Positions 38,281 to 47,998 of a DNA stretch of 64,000 nt are shown here, piece after piece. Origin of the DNA: a virus. The position numbers were made by a program, and so were the translations under genes. The notes beneath the pieces were generated by a model. That model made no database searches and was not told the DNA's origin. It saw only the letters and a program-made list of their open reading frames with translations. The stretch is from the IMG/VR virus record IMGVR_UViG_3300001200_000009, one strand, 5' to 3'. How positions within the stretch are numbered: position 1 is the first letter of the stretch; each line of letters starts with the position of its first letter.

Positions 38281-39612
38281 CTACCTTGGTCTCTTTTCAC
38301 TGTCTTCGCGTGTTTCTTCATTGATATTATCCGGACTCTCGGTTCTTGCGACCGATAGAGACACTCGATAATTGCCATCTACGTCGAAAATATGTCTGGC
38401 ATTTGTGATGAGAAATTTACCAGACCGTTTCTTATCTTCTATTCTACTTATATCCGTTTCCGAATAGGCAGGCTGGTCCTTTGGTACCGAAATATTGATG
38501 ATAGTTCCAACAGTCGTATCATCTTCATGCGCGAGAGCGTGGTAGCCTGGAATCAGAATCTCAAATCGTTCTCGATTCAGTAAAACCAAGTCGCTATAAC
38601 GAGAAAGCTTGTGCTTTTGACTGAAGAGCTTATCTTCATCATAGGCATTGATGTCCTTATACATTTGCGACGTGTTGACCTGTGTTACATATCTTGACTC
38701 AGCGTTTGAAATGACTTCACCATCGATTGAAAAATTCTTATCAAACAAGGTCTGGTCGTATAAAACCTTTGCATTGTCCTTCTTTGTTTCAAAATAGTCA
38801 GCAGCCGAGAAATCGACGTGATCGACCGATCGAGTGAAGGTGTCAATGCTGAAATAGCGAGACCTTACAGCCCCTGTCTTAGCTACGTCGAGAATATTAT
38901 CCTGCTCTGGGATGTTCATGTTGTAGATAACCGAAGCTTCGTGTAGGAATCTCGATTCGAGGTTAGGGTACGGTACTTGCGTATATCTAAATGTCGTGTC
39001 TGGTAGTGGTTCACGACCAAGCATTTCTCCAAGAGAGGTGAAGGCCAATCCGCTGTTCAAAGTAGAATACAAGAACATCGGTTCACCAATATCGGAGGTT
39101 GCTCTGTCTGTTAACCAAAATGATATTTCAATTGGAGTTCGATTGACACCAAGAACTTTAACTGTCTGGTCTGACCCTTCACGAACAGTAATTTCTTCTT
39201 CAAAGACTTGGGCTAGGATGTCTTCGATTTTACCAGAATATGAACCTCTTAGGCGTCTAAATGCTCCAGTATAACCGCGCTTTTCAATGAAGTCAAGGAC
39301 ATATGAAGATGACCCATCGGCTAATGATTTAACCGATGATGGCACCGCAAAGATAATGAAGTCTTTTGCAATAATTCTGTCTCCAACCTCAAATTCGATT
39401 GTGAGTTCTTCTTGGCCTTGAAAGTTAATCATCGAGGCAAGAGCAGAGGTGTCAGCGATAGCCAAAGACCCTGTCACGTAGGGAATGTAGATACTCTCAT
39501 AGAAATTGAATTCGGCTACAGCGCGTGTAACGTCATATGCGGGTGATTCAATATTCTCATATCGATTCCGGCGAATCTCTACCTTACGGATTTTATAATC
39601 TGTTGCGTTCAT
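38281..39612 (-). CDS. Baseplate hub protein (gp27-like)
   Basis: FYESIYIPYVTGSLAIAD and SGKFLITNARH motifs; lies between gp53 and gp5. Confidence 0.7.
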   Translation of the reverse strand: MNATDYKIRKVEIRRNRYENIESPAYDVTRAVAEFNFYESIYIPYVTGSLAIADTSALASMINFQGQEELTIEFEVGDRIIAKDFIIFAVPSSVKSLADGSSSYVLDFIEKRGYTGAFRRLRGSYSGKIEDILAQVFEEEITVREGSDQTVKVLGVNRTPIEISFWLTDRATSDIGEPMFLYSTLNSGLAFTSLGEMLGREPLPDTTFRYTQVPYPNLESRFLHEASVIYNMNIPEQDNILDVAKTGAVRSRYFSIDTFTRSVDHVDFSAADYFETKKDNAKVLYDQTLFDKNFSIDGEVISNAESRYVTQVNTSQMYKDINAYDEDKLFSQKHKLSRYSDLVLLNRERFEILIPGYHALAHEDDTTVGTIINISVPKDQPAYSETDISRIEDKKRSGKFLITNARHIFDVDGNYRVSLSVARTESPDNINEETREDSEKRPR

Positions 39613-40469
39613 TATCTGTCTAGTGAATTTGCTCTAAGCTTAACGAATTCGCCAATAAGTCCTGGCTTTACGATTTTGATATTCGATAGGTCTTGATTCT
39701 GATTCTGGTACCATTCTTTCCATGTTACCGTGTTATAAGGAGCTGTTAATGCGTATGGGTCAGGCGTGACAAGGTCTCCAACAACCCCGCCAATAATGTT
39801 GGTTTCGCCTTCATTGCCTCTTCCACGAAAATCAAGGGCATAGTCAACATCGACATTGTCTCCATCGCCATCTTCAAAATGATGAACCGCAAGATAAGCT
39901 GGATTATGAACGATACGAGCAATCAATTGAGAATCGGGAGCTCCTTCAAAGACATCAACCACTGATTCGTTACGAAGGAATGGAATATCATTCGTCTTTC
40001 GTACGAATAGTTGTCCAAGGTCTACATTACGAGCATAGACAACTCCACTGGCTCCAGAAATTTGTCCAAAGATATTTGACCCAACCGGAAAGGCGTCAAT
40101 CATAGCATGCTGAAGATAATCAGTGTTGTCACCAACATCAACTCCGTCTTGTGGTAAAAATACTAAACACTCGCCTGGCAATTGTTCATTCATCAGCTTG
40201 TTTAGATTTTCTACTGATTGAGGCCAGCCTTTTTCTCTTAGGTCTGGATTTAGCATGAAGAACGTCCAATAATAGTCACTTGTTCCATACAGTCGTTCAG
40301 ACACAATATCTGGTCTCTCGCCATCGGTCACGCTAAAGAAGCTGTAAACGCTTGTCGCATCTACGACTTGGTCAAACACATCAGAGTACGTAGTCATGTT
40401 AGTGAACTTGACTTTTTTACCGTTTTTGAAGGTATAAGGAACCTCTTTGAATTTGTCGAAGTATGTCAT
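39612..40469 (-). CDS. gp53: Baseplate wedge subunit
   Basis: YFDKF, DGERPDIVSERLYG..YYW and WPQS motifs. Confidence 0.9.
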   Translation of the reverse strand: MTYFDKFKEVPYTFKNGKKVKFTNMTTYSDVFDQVVDATSVYSFFSVTDGERPDIVSERLYGTSDYYWTFFMLNPDLREKGWPQSVENLNKLMNEQLPGECLVFLPQDGVDVGDNTDYLQHAMIDAFPVGSNIFGQISGASGVVYARNVDLGQLFVRKTNDIPFLRNESVVDVFEGAPDSQLIARIVHNPAYLAVHHFEDGDGDNVDVDYALDFRGRGNEGETNIIGGVVGDLVTPDPYALTAPYNTVTWKEWYQNQNQDLSNIKIVKPGLIGEFVKLRANSLDR

Positions 40470-41417
40470 CTAGAATCCTTTTTCGATTTCTGCTTTCGAT
40501 AGAGTTCTATCTTCGGTAATAGACACTGAAAGCTTAGTCGCGATAGGTTGACCGTCAGCGTGCCATGACATTGTACTCTCTGGGTCAAGGGTCGTTTGAA
40601 TGTCAGTGATATACGAATATTGTAGACGAGGACCAATACGAATCATACCGTTGTTCTTGTCGATACCGTCAACCCCATATTGTTCTTCGATTTGCTGCTC
40701 AATAACTGGATTCGAGTTAAGGATGTCAAGAGCATCATCGTTCAACTGATAGAACATATCGACTTTAAGCATCGATGGAAACTTATAGACAAGATTTCGA
40801 GTAAGCTCATTGTTTGAGGTCTCATACTCTGGATAGGCGATAAGACGGAAGAACTTAACGATTTTTTCGATTTGTTCAGCCTCTTGACGGTTTGTAGGAA
40901 CCATGTCAAAATCAAATCCAAACGAACGAATCTTAACCTGATCGAATACTGATCGGGTATGCGGATTGGCGGTATAACGTAATCCTGAGCGAACTGCAGT
41001 ACCGGCTTGGGTGTTTTCTAGATTGAATCGCTGAAGAACCTTTGTTACCAACGAAGCGTTAATCTTCTCTCCACTGATAAAGTCCTTACCAGTTTTGATG
41101 GCGTCAACAAAAGATGAAGACGCGAAGTCTAGAGCGGCAGCAGTACGTTTACCTACATCTCCAACCGGACCAGCTGCTCCAGCCAAAATAGCCTTTTCAA
41201 GAACTCGACCAGAAAAGTCAAGGTCTTTCTCATTGTAGCTCAGTCCGTCTGAAAAGTTAATAGCTCCAGGCAGATAGAGGTAAACGGCTGGCGTATTAGC
41301 TCCCTTAATGCGAGTAATATTGCGGTCATCGAGCTCAAAGTCTAGCTGTTTGAATCGAATCCATGTACGATTCTTCGACGATTTCTCAAATGGGTAACGA
41401 TAAACTTGATTTGCCAT
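40470..41417 (-). CDS. gp48: Baseplate tail tube cap
   Basis: LYLPG, NPH..F..RSFGFDFDMVP...E and I..G.P motifs. Confidence 0.85.
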   Translation of the reverse strand: MANQVYRYPFEKSSKNRTWIRFKQLDFELDDRNITRIKGANTPAVYLYLPGAINFSDGLSYNEKDLDFSGRVLEKAILAGAAGPVGDVGKRTAAALDFASSSFVDAIKTGKDFISGEKINASLVTKVLQRFNLENTQAGTAVRSGLRYTANPHTRSVFDQVKIRSFGFDFDMVPTNRQEAEQIEKIVKFFRLIAYPEYETSNNELTRNLVYKFPSMLKVDMFYQLNDDALDILNSNPVIEQQIEEQYGVDGIDKNNGMIRIGPRLQYSYITDIQTTLDPESTMSWHADGQPIATKLSVSITEDRTLSKAEIEKGF

Positions 41418-41424
41418 TTGGCTC

Positions 41425-41874
41425 CTAAAACTTCAAAATCTTCTTGGCCTTTAGAATCTTCTCGGTCCAGACCTGAAAATCCCAGCCACGGTCTGCAGCA
41501 TAGTTTTCTGCTGCTTTCCATTTACACTGATTGGTTATGTACGTTCTGCCTTCTTTGAGGTAACGCTGACGATTCCTGTTCTTACCCTTACGAGGCGGCT
41601 TTGTTTCCTTATGAGGCTTAATTTCGATAAGAGTAGTCTTACCGTTAGCCCATACTACCTTTGCATCCATAAAGTAACGACGAGTTCTATTTGTAGTCTT
41701 ATCGAAATAAGGCACAATGGTTTCTTCGGCTTCCCAAAAAGCTACTTCCGAAGACTTATCACACCAAAGAAAGAATGCGCGCTCCCAAGATGAACGATAA
41801 ACTACCTTCGTCGGGTCTCCAAGATACTTCTCTGGTTTCTTAAGCTTATAGGTCCCTTTGTGGTATTTGGCCAT
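41425..41874 (-). CDS. gp4: Head completion nuclease
   Basis: PEKYLGDP..YRSSWE, RRYFMD, IEIKP and NQCKW motifs; start MAKYHKG. Confidence 0.93.
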   Translation of the reverse strand: MAKYHKGTYKLKKPEKYLGDPTKVVYRSSWERAFFLWCDKSSEVAFWEAEETIVPYFDKTTNRTRRYFMDAKVVWANGKTTLIEIKPHKETKPPRKGKNRNRQRYLKEGRTYITNQCKWKAAENYAADRGWDFQVWTEKILKAKKILKF

Positions 41875-41882
41875 TATAATCC

Positions 41883-41911
41883 TATAAATACTTTCATGCA
41901 ATGTATTTATA
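41883..41911. promoter_or_regulatory. Interlocked face-to-face late promoters (+ 41883-41890, - 41904-41911)
   Basis: TATAAATA on both strands between the divergent gp4 and gp2-like genes. Confidence 0.8.
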
Positions 41912-41917
41912 TCACAT

Positions 41918-42316
41918 GTGAGACCGATGAACTATAAAGAGTGGATTTCTAGACGTCTTGGTCAATCAAAGGGCCGTGCCGAACTGAAATTTGGTGGTAT
42001 CTATTTGTTTGACGTACGTAGACAATTGCCGCCTGTCATGATCGTAACAAGAGCCTATACGCACGCCATATACGGATTTGACCTGTCAAAGATGAGTAAT
42101 AATCTTAGACGAGCAGTGATGTCTGAATATAAAAAAGCCATGGCCGAAACGAACGAACTTCGTCGTAACGGTAAGCTTTTCAATATTGAGCGTAGACTGA
42201 AAAATTATCGAGTGTCTAAAGATTCGGTAGTTTCGTACAAGACAAGAGATATACTCAGTCGTGTCGTAGAATTAACACCTACAGAAATTGATGAATTCAT
42301 AAGGATGTCAAAGTAA
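41918..42316 (+). CDS. Possible divergent DNA end protector (gp2-like)
   Basis: Position divergent from gp4; GGIYLF...P.MIV...GFDL..M....R pattern resembles gp2 only weakly. Confidence 0.45.
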   Translation: MRPMNYKEWISRRLGQSKGRAELKFGGIYLFDVRRQLPPVMIVTRAYTHAIYGFDLSKMSNNLRRAVMSEYKKAMAETNELRRNGKLFNIERRLKNYRVSKDSVVSYKTRDILSRVVELTPTEIDEFIRMSK

Positions 42317-42957
42317 TGGTCGCAATCGGACCTAAAATAGCTAAATCGATCATTAACTTTAATGGCGGAGTCGCTAAAGAAAACAAATATCGTGTTGTGA
42401 TGCCCACTCTCTTTATCGGCGGAGACGCTATCACGATGGATGTCCTATGTCGTTCAACAAGTCTTCCAGGTAAGGTGATTGCTACGGCCGATCGTAAGAC
42501 GAACATGAAGAAGATCGCTGTGCCCACTGGTTATGAGGTCGCGGACATTGAGATAACCTTTACCGAGCCTGCTAATCGAAATGTTTCAAGATATTTCGAT
42601 ATCTGGTTGGATAGAATCGTCGACAAAAAAAATTACAACATTGCCTATAAGGACGATATCGTACGCGATATTCTAGTCATGTCGACCGACGATAACGGAA
42701 TTCCAAATTATATCGTAACTCTTCGCAACGCCTTTCCTGTTATTAAGACCCCAATACCGCTAACCGACAAATCTGAAAATGCAATCAGCGAGGTGAGCGT
42801 AACATTCTCTTATGAAGACTTCAAAGTTCACGACAGTACTCTTCTTTCGGGTGCGTCTGACTTATCAAGGCAAATATCCGCCAATAGCTTTGTGGTTCCA
42901 ACAAATATTCTACGCGGCATTACAAGTGGAATCAATATTGATCGAGGTATTCTATAA
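42316..42957 (+). CDS. gp54: Baseplate tail tube initiator (gp54-like)
   Basis: GGVAKENKYRV, LCRSTSLPG, YFDIW and NAFP motifs. Confidence 0.8.
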   Translation: MVAIGPKIAKSIINFNGGVAKENKYRVVMPTLFIGGDAITMDVLCRSTSLPGKVIATADRKTNMKKIAVPTGYEVADIEITFTEPANRNVSRYFDIWLDRIVDKKNYNIAYKDDIVRDILVMSTDDNGIPNYIVTLRNAFPVIKTPIPLTDKSENAISEVSVTFSYEDFKVHDSTLLSGASDLSRQISANSFVVPTNILRGITSGINIDRGIL

Positions 42958-44624
42958 TGGCTGACCTTGGAACTATTGCTGGACTGATTCGAGAACAAAC
43001 TGAGATAAATGAACTTAGTACCGAAATGGTACGTGACGAAATCGCCGAAACAAATGACAACATCCAAGAGATGATTGGATTCCTAGTTTCTGACCGTAGA
43101 GAACAACGTGAAGCTAGAAGAGAAGAGCGCGATGATCGTCTTGACAAAGACCTCAAAGACAAGATTAAGCAGAAAGATAAATCTGAACTTCCTCCACAGC
43201 GTATCAGAGGAGGCATTAGTCCATTAGGTGCTGCTGCCGGATTTCTTGGAATTTCGACTGGGCTATTAGGCGGACTTCTTGGCATTCTTGCTCGTTGGGA
43301 ACAGAAAAAAGATGAAATCGACCAGTCTATTCAAGGCGCACTTACATCTATTAATGGTATCGTAGCAGCGCCTGTGATTACTTCCTTTCTTGGCAAAGTC
43401 CGCGGACTTACAAAGGGTGCAATATCAAGCGTGATAAAGTTCTTTAGCCTTGGATTCAATAAGATTGCTATTCCTATTACTGCTGCTATTCAAGCCGAAC
43501 TGGCTGTACTAAGAGCTGGTGGAGCAACGCTTAAACCCGGATGGGCAAAAACCTTCAAATTGATTGGTGGTTTATGGAATGGATTAAAGGGAATTTCAGG
43601 TTTCCTTTCAAAGGTAGTTTCTACTGGCTCAAAATTTATCAAACCTTTCTTTAAATTCGCGGGTGGTTTTCTAAGTTTCTTCGGTCGTTTATCTGGTGTG
43701 TTCACAATTGCCATCGCTTTCTTCGATGGAATCAGAGCTTTCTGGAAAGAATGGGAAACTGGAGAGCGTAACATCTTTAGACTGTTTAGAGTAGGTGTTG
43801 AAGGCGCTCTTAAAGGTTTCTTATCCCTAATAGGAGATGTTGGTGGAGTATTTGGCTGGATGGCTGAAAAGTTTCTAACATTCATCGGTGTTTCTGAAGA
43901 AAAGTCAGCTGCAATCAGAGGAATCATTACATCTTCATTTGAAGTCATCGAAGCTATCCTAACTAGAGTTGTTGGAATCTTTGGTGACATATTTGAATAT
44001 GTTGGAAATGTGATAACCAATCTTTGGGGTATTTTCTCGAATAGCGACACAACTCTAAAAGAAAAGGGTTCAGCATTCCTTGGAATGATTGGTGCCGGCC
44101 TTGGTAATTTGGTTGGTGTTGTCAAGGGATTCTTTAAAGGTCTTCTTAGTCCGATTACAAGCTCTAAAAATTTAGTAAAGAAATTTACAGGCGGGTCTGA
44201 TAATGAAGACGGTCAAGCAATCATCAAAGCGTTCAAGGGTCTGCGGGACAATATGAATAAGCTCTTAAAGAAAATGACTGACGGTATTGTCAAGAGATGG
44301 GAAGGCGTGAAGGCTTGGTTTGGTAAGCAAAAAGCAAAGCACTTCCAGCGCCTTACGACTGAAGAGGCTATAAGACAGGGTTATATTCCACCGTCTGATG
44401 AGCGCACTCAAGTTATGTCTACTCCGGTTAGAGCTACTGGCATGAAGCTAAAATCAGCTAGTCAAACTATTGCTCAGCATGAGACTCGACAGGCCGTTGC
44501 AATTTCTGCCCCAAGTGTTACACAAAATTCTTCGAGCGTTAACGTAAGCTCTAATTCTCAGTTGGTAAGTATTCCACCATCTGCTTCTAATCGTGCTGAC
44601 CCGCACGCATACGGCATACGGTAA
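42957..44624 (+). CDS. Tail tape-measure/baseplate hub protein (gp29-like)
   Basis: Long amphipathic, G/F/K-rich helical protein ending in a N/S-rich tail; follows gp54. Confidence 0.7.
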   Translation: MADLGTIAGLIREQTEINELSTEMVRDEIAETNDNIQEMIGFLVSDRREQREARREERDDRLDKDLKDKIKQKDKSELPPQRIRGGISPLGAAAGFLGISTGLLGGLLGILARWEQKKDEIDQSIQGALTSINGIVAAPVITSFLGKVRGLTKGAISSVIKFFSLGFNKIAIPITAAIQAELAVLRAGGATLKPGWAKTFKLIGGLWNGLKGISGFLSKVVSTGSKFIKPFFKFAGGFLSFFGRLSGVFTIAIAFFDGIRAFWKEWETGERNIFRLFRVGVEGALKGFLSLIGDVGGVFGWMAEKFLTFIGVSEEKSAAIRGIITSSFEVIEAILTRVVGIFGDIFEYVGNVITNLWGIFSNSDTTLKEKGSAFLGMIGAGLGNLVGVVKGFFKGLLSPITSSKNLVKKFTGGSDNEDGQAIIKAFKGLRDNMNKLLKKMTDGIVKRWEGVKAWFGKQKAKHFQRLTTEEAIRQGYIPPSDERTQVMSTPVRATGMKLKSASQTIAQHETRQAVAISAPSVTQNSSSVNVSSNSQLVSIPPSASNRADPHAYGIR

Positions 44625-44634
44625 TTTCACAAAA

Positions 44635-44657
44635 TAAAAGGGACCATGTCCCTTTTA
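44635..44657. terminator. Bidirectional intrinsic terminator between convergent blocks
   Basis: TAAAAGGGAC-CAT-GTCCCTTTTA perfect 10-bp stem. Confidence 0.85.
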
Positions 44658-44715
44658 CCGACCAGCTAGGCTGACCCATGGGCGTTGCCCTAAAATTGTG
44701 TACCGGTGCCGTGCA

Positions 44716-45015
44716 TTATTTTTTTGATAGCCATTTCTCAACTCCAAAGAATGTAGCAATAATACCAAACATTCCGACATAGAAGAATCCAAGGACTACT
44801 CCATACGCCTGAAGAAGGGCAATTGAAACAACTCCAGCAGCTGGAGCAATGAGTAGAAATGCAGTTACCAGCAAAATAGCAACAAAAGCGCCGATAGTTA
44901 ATCTACGGCGCGATTTGAATTTCATGAAAAAGACAGTGTGTTCGTCCTCAGTTACGTGACCATCGTTATCTAGGTCTTCGCCAGGCTGATGGATGTGGTC
45001 ATCATCGTGCATCAT
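44716..45015 (-). CDS. Two-TM membrane protein with an EF-hand-like N-terminus (holin-like candidate)
   Basis: DLDNDGHVTEDE loop followed by two hydrophobic segments. Confidence 0.6.
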   Translation of the reverse strand: MMHDDDHIHQPGEDLDNDGHVTEDEHTVFFMKFKSRRRLTIGAFVAILLVTAFLLIAPAAGVVSIALLQAYGVVLGFFYVGMFGIIATFFGVEKWLSKK

Positions 45016-45169
45016 TTTCTTCCATTTCTCTTGCTCGCTCTTCTACAAGGGCGATGTGAATTTCTCTTTCCCAAGGTACCCAAGCCTCTTGAACGTCGAT
45101 TGGATAGTTGAAATCTTGGTGTAATTGAAATTGAGTTCGATAGAAATTCTCAAGATCGTTATAGGACAT
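45002..45169 (-). CDS. gp51: Small baseplate hub assembly catalyst (gp51-like), 55 aa
   Basis: Manual translation MSYNDLENFYRTQFQLHQDFNYPIDVQEAWVPWEREIHIAL; TAATG-coupled to gp26. Confidence 0.8.
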   Translation of the reverse strand: MSYNDLENFYRTQFQLHQDFNYPIDVQEAWVPWEREIHIALVEERAREMEENDAR

Positions 45170-45891
45170 TAAGACCCGAAAAAATTTTCGATGCCTTCCA
45201 ACCTCCGGTCTTTGTTATCTTCTCCACAGCTTTTACAAACGAACGGCACCTCTAAATAAGCAGTAGGTGTACCATCAATAAATTCTCTTAGCTTTTGATG
45301 AGTTGGCGAAGATAAAGAATCTAAAAAGTTTTCTCTATCGGCCTTTGATTCATCCGAGAATTTCATGATATCGTCAGTCGTTTGGACTGTATCAACAACA
45401 ACGTCGAGAACCTCGTAATAGAGACTCGCTTCCTTATTGTTATTTATAAGCTTCGGATTTTTCAGCACATCTCCGAGTGTTAATTCTCTTAAACCGATAT
45501 GAATATTGTCTGCAACTTCGATAGTCGCGGCTTCACCAGTACGAGGTTCTCCACTGAATTTAATTGCTTCAAGGTCTGCTGTAATCTTATGTGGATGCTC
45601 ACACTTCTTACATAGAACTTGCAGCTCTTGGTCTTCTCCAACAGACTTACCGCGAATTTGGCTTAAAGCATATTCAGTATAATATAGAGGTTGGTCATTG
45701 AAGGTAAAATTCTCGACGCAAGCGTTTGTCACGTCGAGAATAGCTTTTGCTAGACTAATCGAGTCGTTTGACTCAATTGATAATAGGAGTACCTTCTCTT
45801 CCTTACCGGTAAAAGGCCGATAGTTCAGATTTACATTGCCCGGAAGGGTCATACTGTGGGTAAACCCAGTCTGGATAATAGGTAACGCCAT
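45169..45891 (-). CDS. gp26: Baseplate hub assembly protein
   Basis: MALPII, YRPFTGKEEKVLL, IRGKSVGE, two CxxC pairs and LEGIENFF motifs. Confidence 0.92.
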   Translation of the reverse strand: MALPIIQTGFTHSMTLPGNVNLNYRPFTGKEEKVLLLSIESNDSISLAKAILDVTNACVENFTFNDQPLYYTEYALSQIRGKSVGEDQELQVLCKKCEHPHKITADLEAIKFSGEPRTGEAATIEVADNIHIGLRELTLGDVLKNPKLINNNKEASLYYEVLDVVVDTVQTTDDIMKFSDESKADRENFLDSLSSPTHQKLREFIDGTPTAYLEVPFVCKSCGEDNKDRRLEGIENFFGS

Positions 45892-45894
45892 TGA

Positions 45895-46209
45895 TTAGTC
45901 CTCTTTGTTTTCGTCTGCTTCGACACCAGGGTCTTGCGAACGGTCTTCATCAGCTCCGACTGGATTTGGAGCTACTCCTTCTTGAGGCTTAGGTAACCAT
46001 GCTAGATGGACCCAACCTTGAGGGATAAGATGATGGATGCCTTGCGCGTCAAGTACGAAATGACCGTTTGGTCCTTCGTGAATTCCGACTGGGGCATTGA
46101 TTTGAACCTTAGCGCCAGATGAGGCTGTGTAGACACGCCACGCTTCATGACGAAGGTCTTGGAGCTGAACTCCTTGCTGACCTTGCGGTTCTTGAGTTTT
46201 TTCGGTCAT
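45895..46209 (-). CDS. Hypothetical protein, start MTEKTQ
   Basis: AAGGA SD; EAWRVY...HFVLDAQGIHHLIPQGWVHLAW. Confidence 0.65.
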   Translation of the reverse strand: MTEKTQEPQGQQGVQLQDLRHEAWRVYTASSGAKVQINAPVGIHEGPNGHFVLDAQGIHHLIPQGWVHLAWLPKPQEGVAPNPVGADEDRSQDPGVEADENKED

Positions 46210-46224
46210 TGAATTCCTTAAAGT

Positions 46225-46246
46225 GGCGGTGGAATTAACCACCGCC
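46225..46246 (-). terminator. GC-rich hairpin after gp32 (terminator or mRNA stabilizer)
   Basis: GGCGGTGG-6nt-CCACCGCC with a short U-tract. Confidence 0.6.
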
Positions 46247-46255
46247 TAGTTGCGA

Positions 46256-47161
46256 CTAGTCTTCGTTAGCCATGTCTTGGAAGTAGCTTAGCGACTCTTC
46301 GGACGCTTCATTTTCTACTGTCGTTTCGTCAGTAGACTCTTCTTCCGCGGTTTGGTCGCTACGAGGTTCGGCTGTACGCTCATTGTCCGAGTAGGACGTT
46401 GCGGCTCCAGCTGAGATACCCATAACGCGATTGAACTTCGTTTTCAGTTCATCGTAAGATTTGAACTTGTCAGCCGAGATTAGGTCTTCGATGTTTTCCA
46501 TCTCATTGTAAACTCGTTCCAATTCGCCTTCGTCACCAGCTAGAAGCGGAGAGACTTTGTCGAATGTTGAACTGTCATAGTTCGCCCATCCTTCTACTTT
46601 CTTACGACGCAGCTTGAAGTTAGCACCGTCCCAGAAGTCGAATGGGTTGATTGGCTCATCACCGTCAAACTCAGGAGACATAGCGTCTTTGATTTTGCCG
46701 AAGATTTTCTTACCGAACTTGTATTTGAAGACCTTACCATTGTCCTCTGGATTCGACGGATGGTCGATTACCAGGATGTTGGTAACATAGTTGAGATTAC
46801 GGGTCATGCCCAAATCACGAACTCGCTTCTGTCCTGCTTCGCCAGTATTCCAAAGCTCAGATGAGTATTCACCAACTGGGTCAGGTTGTCCTAGAGTAGA
46901 CAAAGCCTTCTCTACGTAGTATTGACCATTTTTCGGATTTTTGAAGAAGTAGTCCCAATACTGAATCCAGAACTTAGCGTCCGGTCCTTTAGCTGGGAGG
47001 AAGCGGATAACGGCTTGGCCATTACCAGTCTTTTTGTCATAACCTAATTTCCAGAACTCGTCGTTCTTGTAATTTTTCTTGCCTTCGTAAGCTTCAGTAG
47101 CTTGTTTAGCGAGCGAGTCTAGGTCCTTGACGCGATTTTTTTTCATAGTTGCAAATGACAT
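46256..47161 (-). CDS. gp32: Single-stranded DNA-binding protein
   Basis: GNGQAVIRFLP, KFGKKIF, PFDFWDGANFKL, NYDSSTF and FKSYDELK motifs; acidic tail. Confidence 0.96.
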   Translation of the reverse strand: MSFATMKKNRVKDLDSLAKQATEAYEGKKNYKNDEFWKLGYDKKTGNGQAVIRFLPAKGPDAKFWIQYWDYFFKNPKNGQYYVEKALSTLGQPDPVGEYSSELWNTGEAGQKRVRDLGMTRNLNYVTNILVIDHPSNPEDNGKVFKYKFGKKIFGKIKDAMSPEFDGDEPINPFDFWDGANFKLRRKKVEGWANYDSSTFDKVSPLLAGDEGELERVYNEMENIEDLISADKFKSYDELKTKFNRVMGISAGAATSYSDNERTAEPRSDQTAEEESTDETTVENEASEESLSYFQDMANED

Positions 47162-47223
47162 TGTATGCTTTCGTTATGTTTGTTGTTTTTGAATTATCCA
47201 CGCTAGCATGATATAGATGTTAT

Positions 47224-47252
47224 ATTGTAACATAAAGGATTCACATTGTAAA
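47224..47252 (-). promoter_or_regulatory. Early promoter for gp32
   Basis: TTTACA-N17-TACAAT with an extended TG. Confidence 0.75.
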
Positions 47253-47267
47253 TAGCTTTATGCAGAT

Positions 47268-47858
47268 TTATTTATATGCGTTTTGGAGTGCTTTTTCGAC
47301 TTTTTTCGTGAGGTCATCTCTATCGATTTTGATGAATGACCCATATTTCAGCAGCTTTAAACGCGTTGCTGGCCATAGGAGTTGGTCGAACTCTGGCATT
47401 TTGTTGACATTGCCGGTTAGCTTATTGAACATCACGACAGTTTCAATCGAGATTTCTTCGGCTAACAGGCAAGTGATGATGTACGGCTTTTGGTCTTCGC
47501 CTAAGAAGACCTCATTGAACTTCTTACCGCTCGACAATAGGAACTTAATGTCCTTCTCGAATTGATAAGACCGCCGCTCAAATCTGGCTTCCCACTCATT
47601 ATAGATAAATGGGTCGTGTTCGAACATGTCGCCAATCCATGAATGGTCCTCAATAAGGGACGCTAGACAGAATCGGATAAAATCTTTTTCGTTGGGATAT
47701 TTGTCACAAGCCTTGTGGAAGTGCCATTGGTCTCGACGTTTTAAGAAGGAGCCCTCAGATGCACCGGTTTTGAAGCCGTATTTTGGGGCATTAAAACCTT
47801 CAGATGAGAAGTGAAGCTTCATCGAGAGGTAAATTTGAAAGGCGCGAAATGGTGTCAA
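47268..47858 (-). CDS. gp59: Helicase loader
   Basis: AFQIYLSMKLHF, FLKRRD, ISIETV and KLLKY motifs; upstream of gp32. Confidence 0.88.
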   Translation of the reverse strand: MTPFRAFQIYLSMKLHFSSEGFNAPKYGFKTGASEGSFLKRRDQWHFHKACDKYPNEKDFIRFCLASLIEDHSWIGDMFEHDPFIYNEWEARFERRSYQFEKDIKFLLSSGKKFNEVFLGEDQKPYIITCLLAEEISIETVVMFNKLTGNVNKMPEFDQLLWPATRLKLLKYGSFIKIDRDDLTKKVEKALQNAYK

Positions 47859-47998
47859 GTACTATTTTCTTCAACAAGTAGGACAATCAATCCAATGGTC
47901 ATTATTATGGCAGCAGTGAAATACGCCTGAAACGCAAATAGTATTGCGCCAAATCCGAAGTTTATACCTCCTAGAAAGCAATGGAGATTACTATTCAC
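47855..47998 (-). CDS. Small hydrophobic membrane protein, 47 aa
   Basis: Manual translation from GTG: MNSNLHCFLGGINFGFGAILFAFQAYFTAAIIMTIGLIVLLVEENST; stop overlaps the gp59 start. Confidence 0.5.
   Translation of the reverse strand: MNSNLHCFLGGINFGFGAILFAFQAYFTAAIIMTIGLIVLLVEENST

Noticed and set aside
43490-44125. 211-aa minus-strand ORF
   Set aside because: Antisense shadow of the tape-measure-like gene.
44641-44690. HDV-like ribozyme resemblance (CATGGTCCC, CAGCCT, GGGCAAC fragments on the minus strand)
   Set aside because: The fragments are in the wrong order, and I could not build the nested double pseudoknot.
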